Shown piece by piece: positions 24,350 to 37,000 of a DNA stretch of 64,000 bases (position 1 is the first letter of the stretch; each line of letters opens with the position of its first letter). A model generated the notes under the pieces. It worked only from the letters and a program-made list of their open reading frames with translations. It ran no database searches and was not told where the DNA came from. The DNA is from Ophelia neglecta (Eukaryota). The stretch is from assembly GCA_965285935.1 (NCBI GenBank), contig OZ260665.1:20460001-20524000 (forward strand), in the 5' to 3' direction. The translations under genes and the position numbers were made by a program.

Positions 24350-24413
24350 ATGTCAGTACTACCTCAGGACTTGTGATGTCAGTAATACCTCACAACTTGT
24401 GATGTCAGTAATA
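24350..24413. repeat. 26-bp tandem repeat x~2.5 (ATGTCAGTAMTACCTCA...CTTGTG)
   Basis: Direct reading of adjacent copies. Confidence 0.75.
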
Positions 24414-27400
24414 GAGGACTATTTGTAGGTTTAATCTACTGAGTAACTGTTGTTAATGTGTAAGCCCACTTGTTGTTACAGGGAGACGGCCTGGTCTAGC
24501 TGTATTTTGTCATGTCATACAACCCTTTAATTAGAGGTCAGAATTTAAATGGTCTGTTTTAATGACTAGCTGTGGATGAGTTTCTGTCATCACATACATG
24601 ATTACCAGACAGCGGGTCAAGTCTAGACCTAGGCCATAATCACCATCCTCCAATACTTCATTATACCATGGTTACAAGTCAATACACTGAGGTAATCACA
24701 GAAAAATATCATTTAAAAGCTGACAAAAAGAGGGAGCTACTTCCTAAATCACAGTCAGTTAAATTTATGAGTTGTCTCATCTGTATCAATTAAAACAAAA
24801 AAAGTTGAAAAGACGTAAATATAAATCTTCGTTAAAATGGATTTAATTATGAGAAGTTGCGACTCCAGTGGTCTCATGTAGACACATAGCATTATAAACA
24901 TGTGGTAATTGGTGACTTTGGCCTTTCATAAGTAATTTTCAATCTAGCTTGAGAATTTCTGCCTCCTCCACTGTTAATTTTACATGATAGATTACCCTCA
25001 TCCTAGTAGACAGGGGTTTTCTCCCTCATCAGCAGGATTTTTCGGCATAATTCTCCGCAAGCTTATTTCTCTTGTGGTTCTCTCCCGAGCAGATTTATGT
25101 CAAAGGCGACCACTTCTCGCTGATTATGTGCAAATGAAAATACTTGCAGGTGCCCCTGCTTTCCGTGTTTATGCTGAGGAGAAATAAACATCTCGACAGG
25201 GCGCCTTGATGCTGCAGCCTTCTCCGCGTGGAGCCTTACTACGGATCTACGCCCGGCTCTGTACTCATTACCAGCATGCTGAGGGCCCCTTCTTACACCC
25301 TCAAACACTCACCGATAATCTCTCTCAAAACCACACCTTCTCAACTGCTAATTTACTAAGTACCACGATAGAATGTAAAATTTATTCCTGGTTTGCACTT
25401 TACTAAAATTTTAAGCTTTATGGAGCATTTGTGTCAGAAAAATAACAAGAATCTGCAGTTAGAAACTTTTTGTAGGTGGTAGCACTTCCTGTGCAGCCAG
25501 TGCCTCTCTAACAACAAACAAATGGCTGTCACTTTTTCACTGTAATACTCGATTCATTGCAGAGCCCGGGGAAGGCTACAAAACTACTTACCGTAACCCA
25601 GGAAATGTTCACCAACAAGAAAAGTCGCGAATGAATTTAACGGATATTTTTTAAATAAAATTTTGTCGTTGAGCAAGGACAGAAAGTGAATTTGGAGGGA
25701 AAGTAGAGCTAGTTGGGATTAATCTCATACAGGAAAGTTTCCAAAGATGAACATTTTATTGTGGTTTGCTATAATAGAACTTACAAAAATTGCCAGATTT
25801 ACAATGTTATGAACGAAATGCATCTGCAATAACACTGTGATCCCTGACTGGGCTACTTGGCTGATTCTTAACGGCTGATTCTAAACGACAAGTTACCGAT
25901 GAATGCCACTGAAGACTCCTTTTGGTTTAAGAAATAAAAGGCGGTTACATACATGACATCCCCTGTTAGGCTTAAATGAGGCTTATTATCAATAAACAGA
26001 CATACCCCTCACCGAGTGGAAGGCCAGGGACCAAAGGAAATCAACAAAATGACTCTAACTACTACCATGCTTTGATTATTATTGTGGCTGGTTCACAAAA
26101 GTGGCTTCCGTGCACAAAAGTGACTCTCCCGGCCGATTCAGCCCTTTTCTCCGATGGTCTCCAATAAACTGCCGTAATAAACATTAAACTTATGCAAAAT
26201 TTCCAAAGTTCTCTTGGCAAGTAGTACCTCATTTTGTAGACCAAGTTCTTTAATTGCTTCCGATTGTCCCATATTATTGAACTTAGCGGGTACTAAACCG
26301 AATTAAAGTGATCATAAAAAGTTTTAAATGTTCATGTGAGCCAGGACTGGAATATGAGGGAGTATGTCTTTTCAAGTAAGTTGGTTATCTGCTTAAAGCT
26401 AGTTTAAAGAATACTTGCATAAATAAACAAGCCCCACTGGAGTTATACTATAGAATTCATGTCCCTGTTCTTAAGCCTTGACAAGGTCTAGAAAACTGGG
26501 CAACTATAAGAAGTTAAAGGAAAACTCCGGAAAAAAACAACCTGCATCGACCATATGCTACAAGTTCCTGTGTGTCGCCTGCCCTATAATTGCAAGCAGA
26601 CGTTTTATGTATATTGTTCATTTTAATAGACATTGATTTTCGACGAGGAAGCTGATTGAAGTATGACCTGGGTAGGTCCTGTTTGCTCGGTCGAACACAA
26701 CACAACTCATCTTCAAAGACGCGAGTTCTGCGGAAAGCAGATGTCACAAACTCGGATCAGCTTCAAAGAACTAACCTACATACAACACCAACATCGGGCC
26801 CTATCAAGGCTGATATCAAATTGGAGCGATCTCCGACTTAAACGGCCATCTTCCTAGCCGCAGTATCACAAATACCAGCCAGTTATAATCTTAGTGTCGA
26901 AAAATACTTGTAAGACCCGAGACAGTTGACAGATTTGTTTGGGACAGAACACTGAAGAACAATTCTCCATTCACAGGGCCTCTTTTGTTGTTTATATAAG
27001 AGAACAAATAGAGTTGTGCGGCAGTTTCTAGCCTAGCTGACTGGCTTGGCATTGAAGGGCCGGGAAGCACTTTTCATACATAACCAGGCGCTGTGCCACT
27101 TATGCCCACAAGATTTCCAGCTAAAAGTGAGAGATCCAAAGTCTAAAGTATAACAGTGACATTCTAATCCCAGGCTCGGCTGTAAATACTTAACAACGCC
27201 AAACGCACGGAGGCTGCCCTTTAAACTGGCGTACAGAAATAAACTTGAATCTGGATATTTTTAATTACAGGCCTGCTTTACTGTACACAGGGAACTGTCA
27301 CAACATTTTATCTACAAGAGTTAAAAAAGATGTGAAATGCACGACAAAGAGAACTTCTCGGTTCAGTGTTAAAACCAGTAATTTATTTTAAAAATTAAAC

Positions 27401-28669
27401 TTTTGAAAAACTTTTGCCCATACAAATACTGAGTGGCACATGAAGTCTGGATATTAACCTTAGTAGGACAGAATGCAAACAAGGCCTTTTAGGTAAAACA
27501 TGACAACCACCACGATCACCTTATCAGCAGTGGGGAAAACTGTGAACATTTAAGTAGAGAGATAGGTCGCCCTCTAGTGTCTTTATCTGACTTCCATCAA
27601 CCCCAGGGTCTCAGCAAACCTCCCTCCCGTCTCAGACCAACCTCTGACTAATGTTAAGGCTCTATTATGCTGATTAAAGAAGAAGGACGCTGAGATCTGT
27701 GCCCCGCTATTGGCCCGAAAGTGCCCTAAATACAGCTGAAATTTTAGGCATGTTAGGGTCAGACACAACGTTTTTGAAGCCACTGGGCTAGGCTACTTGA
27801 AAGCCAAACTCTGCTAGCTAAACCCACACTGGCATACCCTGGACACGTTGGGATGGAAGTCTAGGCAGGGCTGGATCTCCAGACTTTAATCTTCAACTTT
27901 CTGGAGACAAAAGGGATCAGCTAGTTTTCACTGCAAGGCTATTGACAGAGAACTGGGGGATGGCAGAACAGGGTAGAGGGTCTGACATAAGTGACTGCCC
28001 TACTGCCCCGGGCAAGTAAAAGTGAAAGTTGGGCTGTGAATTTCAGCCAAAAAGATGGCTCAGATAACAACTTTCAGATGAGTAGTTTTCAGACGTTAAG
28101 TCCCTGGGGTAGCCCAGCAGGGGGACGGGAGGGGTAGCCACATTCCCAGGCTCTGCAGGGAGCAGTGAGGGGGTACCCACATTCTTGAGAGCTGAGAGGG
28201 CTAGCCCCATTCTCTAGGCCTGCTGGAAAGCAGAGGCCCTGCACCTCTGACCTACTTCAAAGGCAGCGACAATCTTGATACCAAGTAATGCTATCTCAAA
28301 ACATCTCCTCACCGCCCCGCTCCCTGGTGATAACTGTACAGAGAAAAACACAAACTGACTTGTTGCATGGAGGAAATATCCTCTACATGCACAGGCTATC
28401 TGTCTGTTTGTCCCTGGTCCGTCTGCCTGTCAGTCAGCCAGGCCAGAGTGGACATAGATTAGAGGGAAGCATGCCAGACTGTGTGCCAGTGTACACATGT
28501 AATGGGCATGGCCCCAGGGAGGTAACCTAACCCCTTTGAAGACCTCCCATTATGATGTGTGGTGGTGTACATGAGTAAGCCACCCTCCCAGCTATCACAT
28601 GGCTATCAGTGTCTAGCTCTCGGTCAGTGGTGGGATAACACCACCATACCCCATGCAGCTGCCAGGAAC

Positions 28670-29057
28670 TCTGCCAGGAAACTTACCAGCCAGCCTCTAG
28701 GAAACTACCCAACAGCTAGGGACCAACAGCTAGGGAAGGTCGGACACTACCAGCATGCCGCTAGGAAACTACAGCAGCCGCTAGGAAACTACTGGTCAGC
28801 CGCTAGGAAGCTACCGGCCAGCCTCTGGGAAGCTACCGGCCAGCCTCTAGGAAACTACCGGCCAGCCTCTGGGAAACTACCGGCAAGCTTCTAGGAAACT
28901 ACCAGCCAGCCTCTAGGAAACTAGCGGCCAGAGTCTAGGAAACTACCCGCCAGCCTCTGGGAAACTACCGGCAAGCTTCTAGGAAACTACCGGCCAGCCT
29001 CTAGGAAACTAGCGGCCAGCCTCTAGGAAACTAGCGGCCAGCCTCTAGGAAACTACC
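28670..29057. repeat. 22-bp minisatellite (CTAGGAAACTACCGGCCAGCCT), roughly 17 copies
   Basis: Period 22 (e.g. units at 29001, 29023, 29045), degenerating toward the left end. Confidence 0.93.
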
Positions 29058-30764
29058 AAGGCAGGTTAGACACCAACTGGACATACGATCTACTACATAA
29101 AGATCATCAGTCTATGGTGAGTACCTAGGACAAGAAACAGTGCTAGTCTAATTCTGAAAATGACTAGTTTGTTCCCAACAACAAAATTCCTGAAAGGTTG
29201 GCCAATGTCTGTATCTGATTCTGATTACTAGGCTGGAGCAAATCCAACTTCTCCTATAAATCTGAAACCAAAAGCCAAGGATTTTTATTGTACTTTGCTA
29301 CATGATCTGTTAAATGTCTGTATCTTCTCAGGAAAACACACTTATTGGCCCATTAATGAAGGAGAGCAACATTTCAACCCCCCCCCCTCCCCTCCCCCCT
29401 CCCCCACTATCTCTCTGGCTATCCTGGACTTTCCTTCTGGCTCTAAGAGGGCATGTTTAGGGTTAGTGGTCCATTAAGACTGTAGGGGGGCATTACCAGG
29501 GTCAAAGTTCAGCTAGCACCCTCCAAAAAACATCAGGCCTCTAACCTGGTTGACATCAACTCATTTAGGAGACATATGCTGTGCATGCTTGCTGCATGCC
29601 ATCACAATCATTATCCAGTTGGTGAAATTAGTCATACAGCATACGCAGCAACACTAGTTATACGTCTGCAACGTCTGCAACACTTACCAGAGCAAGGACT
29701 TCAAATTCTACTCAAAAGTTGCATTTTAATAACATCTGAACTTGTGAGTATTACACACCTGAATACGAACGGGGCGTTATTTTTATCACTTTTGCTGCCT
29801 AACAATTCTTTATCGTGCCTCCTTAAGATTAGGTTTAAGGGATTTTTGTCCTTTATCCTGAGTGACAGATGGAGATTAACTACAGTGGGTTATATTTATA
29901 ATCTGACTGTCCGTGTTTCTAGACTAATTGTCTGATTCATTATACAATATTGCAGGACAACATGAGAAAACAGTATCAGTTGGATCTATCAACGGACATG
30001 ATGGATTTGATGGGATGGATTTAGTAGCAGTTCCCCTCGGGAGACCTTCAAAAACTGTTGACTGGCACACCATGGGCCCCGGCGTTGTATCTACAGGCAC
30101 AGAAAGTGGTGTAGTATCCACCGCCAATTACGTGTTTGCCCACGGGGCACTTCTGATCCCAGGCCTGCCCTCCGGGCTGCCCGTCGGGCATCAGACAGAT
30201 AGGCTACTCACTTGCCTGCCGATAAACAAACACACAAACATCCCCGTCCGTCCGTGCTGCGTGTAAACGGGATATGGTTATGATAAATAAGTTATAATAA
30301 ATGGTTTTGATAACACATTAGTAAGTGGTGAAAGCCCAATGAAAGGCAGCCGTTTCTTGTCCAAATCACTCAGAAATCCATCAAATTACTGCTAAAAACT
30401 TGGGAGGGGAGTAACAGTTATTAATTTGTCCGTAGCCCGAGGTGAACAGCAGCCAGATTAGATCAGACTCCATCCTATTTGTAATGGAATTAATAAACCC
30501 TCCCCACTCCAACACACGATCAGAAACACATGAACTCAAACACAAAGGATCAACCAGGATGAGCCCGTGATTTATATCAACCTGATGAGCGATTTACAAG
30601 CATTCATTGCCAGAATTTTGAATCAAGTTATAAATGATAGCTTGAAATTGAATTTAATAGGTTACAAAATCCATAAACTTGAAACATAATATTTACCAAC
30701 TTCCTAACAATAAGAATTGGACACATCACAAGCTACGACAGTATTTCTGTTATAAAAGACTAAC

Positions 30765-30945
30765 TAAGTGAAACCTGCCTTAAAGACCACCTCTATAATC
30801 AAACCACCTGTTAATTCAGACCACTTATCTGGGGACCATGATGTATACTTTCAATGTTAAATAACCTGAATATATAGACCACCTCTATAATCAGACCAGT
30901 ATTTTCCAGACCCTGTGTTGGTCTTAATTCACAGTTTTCACTGTA
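30765..30945. mobile_element. Tc1/mariner-type MITE family A, copy 1
   Basis: Ends AGTGAAACCTG...CAGTTTTCACTGTA with internal GACCACCTCTATAATCA repeats; strongly similar to 43514-43685 and, inverted, 55201-55378. Confidence 0.8.
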
Positions 30946-33870
30946 TAAGAATTAAGCTATAGGCACTAGTTAGAACATCATTATAAATACTCTGCACAGA
31001 CTAGAAGCTTGTTCAGCCTCCTGGATGGGCAATCACACTGCCAGTCTATAATGATAATTGTAGTAGCAGGTGTCGTAAGTATCTAGGTATTTATTGGCCA
31101 ATGACAGCCAGCCTCTTATACACCAATCACTGCTACCAGCACAGCTTCATGTCAATTTACACCTGACTTTTCCAACAGTGTTTATAATCTGAGGTAACTT
31201 TTATTGGAAAAGCCTTGCTAATCAGCTTAGCCGGTGACTGACAGCTGAGAAGTTTGATTAAGCCTGCTTTACCTCCTCATAACACAAACATACTAACCAA
31301 CAACAGCCCCCAGGCTCACAATAACACCTATTTAGAGGAGGGGGCCACACATTTTATTTCAAAGGCTATACACAGGCTTATGTGCCATATTTGTGTCCAG
31401 AAAGTTAATGCACTGTAGCAATATTTTCTCAGTGAAAGCTTACCGTTTTGTCATTGTAAAGTTGATGTTAAACTTATTATCAACCAGGGACAGTAGTAAT
31501 AAATATGACAGGCCTATGTATTTAAGCCATTAATTAGAACACACTATATAAACATGCTGGACAAAAGCCCTGGTTTTAGGCCTGGGTGACATTGGGTACT
31601 AGAGAAGCTATTAAGCAGGGATTACCATCAACAATACACACCCTTGTTTGACCGTGTTCACCGGCGGCCATAGGGACATGAGCATGCTGAAAGCCAGGGG
31701 AAAACACCATGTACACAGTGCTTTAAGTCTTAACTCCTATCAAAATGTTAGCATTGCCATATTCACGGCCTTTCTCCATGACCAGCCATTATCGTGTCCA
31801 AGAGGGGCAATGTCTTGGCCATTGGACCCGCGCCCACGCAGCATTCCAACCAATTTTGTGGCCACAGTTCCTGCTCTCGCAAATACCTTGGGGTAGGACA
31901 AACCTGATGAACTCCGTCGCCTTTAGTCTCCCCTCGTCTCCCCGAAAACAAGGTTCCTGTCGGCTGGGCAGGTAATTGTCCGTTCCTCATGTTTGTGGTA
32001 AGGGACTGGTGTATGATAATGTGAGTAAGCAAAGAGCTGATGATGACTTAGAAAACACTCCCACTGTTGTCAAAAGAGATTAAATTCTCATTTAAGCCTG
32101 CCCTGGACTGACATTATAAGGTAAATTTATGTCAGTGGCAACTTTTAAAACAACACAAAGCAACAAATACCTTTTATGAGTGACCTTTAGTTTTAATATA
32201 AATATAAACCGTTCATTTATTACAAACAAGACAAGAGAAACTTAGAAAAACAATCATATGATAGCAAAGAAAGGGACTGAAAAAGACACAGATCCGAGTG
32301 TCTCAATTGTCAGAACTGGTTCTATCTAGCTTGACAATGTGTCTCCAAACACCTTCGGGCATGTACACAAACAAAATAGAGCAGAGGTCTTTTCAAATCA
32401 ACTGCACACAAAGGAATCGCCTGCCTATAATGTATCTTCCCTAGTGCATCTTTACCCAATTATATACTATTGTGAGGCTGTACACTGTATAGTGACATAC
32501 CAAGTGACATGGCCCCCTACTGAGCATATTGTCACTGCTTCGCCCCTCATTTCCCCGTACTGTGCTGTGTTGCAGGCCGATTGACATACCCCCCTGTAGA
32601 TAGCGCCGGTGTGGTCTAATAGGCGACGGTTAGCCGTGATATACTGTGTTGAGGCCACAGGGCACGAGGCGACACAATCTCGGTAAAAAGAGGGAGGGGG
32701 TGCCATCGATAAAAACCATTTAACATTGACAATGACTTAAATACCACCTTCGGTCACGGTCGTCGAACACCAGTGTGTGGATTCTATCTAAGTAGAGAGG
32801 AGGGCAGACGAACATTCAAAGGAAATATATCATTGCTAAATTACTCATTCCACAGTATGGACAGCTATCGCAAGCTATCAGGACATCTTTCGAATGCTTC
32901 TTCATCTGCACGACAATCATTGAAAATCTTGGACAATGGTGGCATGTGTCAGATTTAAACAATGACCCAGGTACGATAAATACTGATATGAATACGTAAT
33001 CGATGTCTGCTAATTTATGGGTCCAAGCTCTGGCTGTCCATGCAGGGGGACAATATGAATATGAAATTGTGTAAAATGAATACTTGAGGTCAGCGTAGGG
33101 CTTGGGGTCAAGACCCGGGCGGACAATAACGCCCGACGCACACAAAGGCTCGTCATATTGTCCACGACGGCTCTCAGCATGCTTACGCCCAATGCCATAT
33201 TTTCTTCGGAATGCATTTTACGCCTGATGCTCTTGCTAAAAAAGCCCCACAATGCACGTCAAGATAAAAGGAAGGAGCATCCGATGATTAAGAAAAGAGA
33301 ATTTTTCCTATGCCACGCTAGGCTAGCTGTACACAGAGCCAGCAGCCTCTAGGGGTGCTGTCACTAGGCACAATACACAGTTACAATATGTCCCTGATTA
33401 CAACATCGTGCAATATCTGCCAAACACAGGGGATGCCTCGGAAAAGGACTGTCATAGTTATAAAGGGCGAAGCCGGTGCCGAACAAAAGAAATATCAGAG
33501 GTATGCTGCCGGGATATCATACAAAACTAAATGTCACTGAAGGCAGAGTTGTAGAGCTGCTGCAGTCAATAAGAGCGACATTCCGAGTCACTCACACTTT
33601 TAATATCAAAAGCCTTGTTGTTTCCGAGATGGAATGCGAAACCGGCCCGATGCACTGAAAGCCAGGCTTGGCAGTATGAACGCATTATCATGGGGTCTGG
33701 ACGGAAACATACACGATTACTACTATTACTACTGCTATATTACACAAACAACTGGCCAAAGAAACGGAAAACAATGGAATTTGCCTTCCATGCTGGACGA
33801 AGACTGTGCTTTAAAATTAAAAACATTTCTTGAAATTTTGTATTACAGTATACTACAAAAAAACTCATAT

Positions 33871-34071
33871 CAGGGAAAGAAATAAGGATGGGCCTCTAGG
33901 CCCAGGGCCTATCCTTTTAGTGGCAGGCCTACTAGAATTCCACCCTCCAGGCCCGCAGCCAGTACATATTTTGGCAACATATTGTTATGGCAAATTATTG
34001 CTGAATTTCAATAGGGCCTGCTGATTTTTAAAGTTACATTTTGTTGGTTTTTTCTTTTTTTTCTTTCCCTG
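33871..34071. mobile_element. hAT-like MITE candidate
   Basis: 12-bp terminal inverted repeats CAGGGAAAGAAA / TTTCTTTCCCTG; no clean 8-bp TSD. Confidence 0.35.
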
Positions 34072-37000
34072 CTCAGTTCCCTTAATTGTAAGTTTGTAAA
34101 GGGACACAGGTTTGGTCACTAAACTGAAGATGTCCTCTTACATAAGTATAATACATCACATGACATGTAGAACTGGCAACTGGCACTTAAATAAACTAGT
34201 TTAGAGTATCTGTGGCAGCCCTAATGTAGTGGTGATGATCGGGTGAAAGCTGGTGTCCTATCTAAGCTTACTAGGACCATTAGGAGTGACATGTAGCATG
34301 TCTTTGTACAGCCCTGGCCTCTGGACGCCAGGAAGTCCCCACTCTTGTATTGTAGCCACCCACAATAAGCTACATGTCTTGCTGAATGGCCGGCCGGCCG
34401 CCTTTTGGCCGCACCTCTGTACAGCTCCGTCTCCGATTAAATCAGAGTCATTAGCGCCACTCAGAAAGCAATCCGGAGCTACGCCACGCGACAATGAGCC
34501 TCGAGCCCCCATAATGCCCCTGCGATCTGATACCGAACCATCTGAGCCTTCTCAGCTGGCCGCTGCCCTCGAGTTTTAAGCCGAGCGATCTTGTTTGATT
34601 GTCAGAGCCTCAATGACACAAACGATGCGTTAATGCACTTAACTATCATGTCCAGAGCCATCGACGGCCGAACGTGAATGGAGACTGATTGGAGCACAAA
34701 GGCTCCGGGAGCATCCATTGCTCACACTGACAGCCTCTCCGAGGCAATTCCCCCGTGAGCCAGCCGGACAATAACACCACTCATCGCTGATCCCTCACAG
34801 TTCAGAATCAATCTCCATTGAACAAATATTTGACGGGGACAGCCACTGGGTGGCCTTCAGTAATAGGCCTGTCAACTGGTCAAGACTATGAGTCAGCGGG
34901 GCAGGGGCTTCACAAAAGGGGGTTCAGTAAACAGGCTGAGGGTGTGATGGATGGCTTAGGCCCCTAGACCCCCCCCCCTCCCCCTACCACCCATCCTACA
35001 TCTTCAAACACACTCCTTACATGAATGAGCCAGTGTTACTGAACCCCTGCTAGCTCTCCCTAGATCCATTTAACAAGTACTGGGTACACAGTAATCACTT
35101 AGATAGGATATACAACACCAAATCATATGATTGGAGTTGATTCGGTGATACTGATAACAATTAACCAACATCAAACCAAACCTTATGATTCAGTCAAATG
35201 ACAACATGTGAATAAAACCAGATTTCTTCCTTGAAGGATGTGTACCGTGCTTGAGGCTATTCACTAATGTAGATATTAATTTCCACACAAACAGGCCATC
35301 ACAGTTTCCCTAAACGCTTCCTGCTTCCTCGCTTCCCCACAACCAGCTGGCTTACAAATAAATATGACATCAGCCTACTTGAACAAGGCACATTACCATT
35401 TAATACAATTATTTCAAAATAGACTGTAAACGTTTATCGGTCAATTTGTGAACAGATAAAGTGGGAGCTTAATGCTGTGTCATTGCAACACCCTTGTAAG
35501 TTGGTTGAATTATATCAGCCGCCTGAGAAGTGTGCTAGCTCCATGCTTCGACAATAGCCGGGACAATAGACTTGTGTTTGGAATGGCAGCTCCCTGATTG
35601 GCTCTATTCTTTCTGATTACATACCGATGTGGAAATAATTTTCATATCAAGTGGCAGTTCTTGGCCATGTCGGGCCAAACCTTTAGACCCACGAACACTG
35701 ATATTACCTGAAAAAGACGGAGTGAATTTTTTTCTATTTTCGCAACAATCAGCGAACAGTGAATGGGTCACGGTTCAGCGGAGCGCGGTGGCCTAAGGTG
35801 AAGCGAGATGACTGGTTTGACAGACAAGAATATTGTGTTACGTTTTCTGGGACTTTTCTCAATAGCTCTCCAGTAACTGCACTATAATAAAGCACTGTGC
35901 CTGAAAGTAAACGGCAGACGACGAGAACCCAAATAACACGGCACATAGCCAGCCTCATTGACTAGTCAACACAGATTCACCGTTCTTTACATGCACTCCC
36001 AGTAATTGACGCTTGCAGGCTACTGTCCCAGGGTATACTATACCTCCTGAAGGACATTTTAACAATCTACCGCCTTACTTTTGGAGAGTATTTTAACAAC
36101 TACTGCTAGGGGGTAGCTTTTGCAAATATATAAATGTCTCTGACATCTCAATGTTAACCGTGAACAAGGCCACAGTGATTTTCTTCAACAGTTCAACGAC
36201 TAAATTTCCACTCATCCAGCAGAACACACATAATCTCTCGTGTCTAGGCACAATAGGAATCGCATAAAAATCAGAAATAAATATCTCAAGTATCTATTCT
36301 GTTGTCAGCTGACAGAGTCTAAACTAGACTTTGACCCATAAATCATCTTTCAATCACATCAAATCTATAAAGTTAACACTTAATTCCTAAAAATGAAGTG
36401 TGATATAATTTTTAATTTGACAAGAGGCAATTACCTATTAGAGCATAGTAAATATATGTTTACCCTGCCAGTGATAGAGAGGTTTATCTGTGAAGCTTAC
36501 ACTGAGGACTGTCATCATGCCCCACACCTTTTGATTTTGATCTGTTTTGAGCCACTTTCCTTCCACTTGCTTATTGCATTTCCGAGAGCCTCTTCACGCA
36601 GAGATGTGTATCAGTGGGCAAACAAACTCTGTGACGAGGCAGACATTCGAGAGGCCTGGACGACTTCAGATGTGATTTATTACTTTAATTGTGTATATTA
36701 AAGCTCTCTAAAGCCACTCATTGTGTCGGATGCCCAGAGCGGAGCACGATACTGAAGTCACGATCGCCTAAACTCGAGCGTCCTGCTCACCCACCATGAA
36801 TCAGGAATCCACAGGAAAAACCAATCAGTCTGCATTAACCAATTTTTGAAATTATAAATATGTACCTTTGGAAATTATTTCCGCATGATTTCTACAAAAC
36901 CCACCAAAGTTTACTGTAAAATTCTGCGGTGGTTGGTCACTGCCAAAATCTGAAGTGGCCCAGTCTTAAGATATTTTGGATTAGGCCCAGGGAGGGAAAA

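Noticed and set aside
21310-25600. Isolated strong minus-strand donors (~21319, ~25312, ~25591) as extra TCF exons
   Set aside because: No convincing paired acceptor or TCF-like peptide; such hexamers are expected by chance.
28559-28894. 111-aa ORF with QPLGNY repeats
   Set aside because: Translation of the 22-bp minisatellite.
28670-29057. Tandem arrays (also 3721-3824) as CRISPR-like
   Set aside because: Head-to-tail repeats without unique spacers, eukaryotic intron context, no cas genes.
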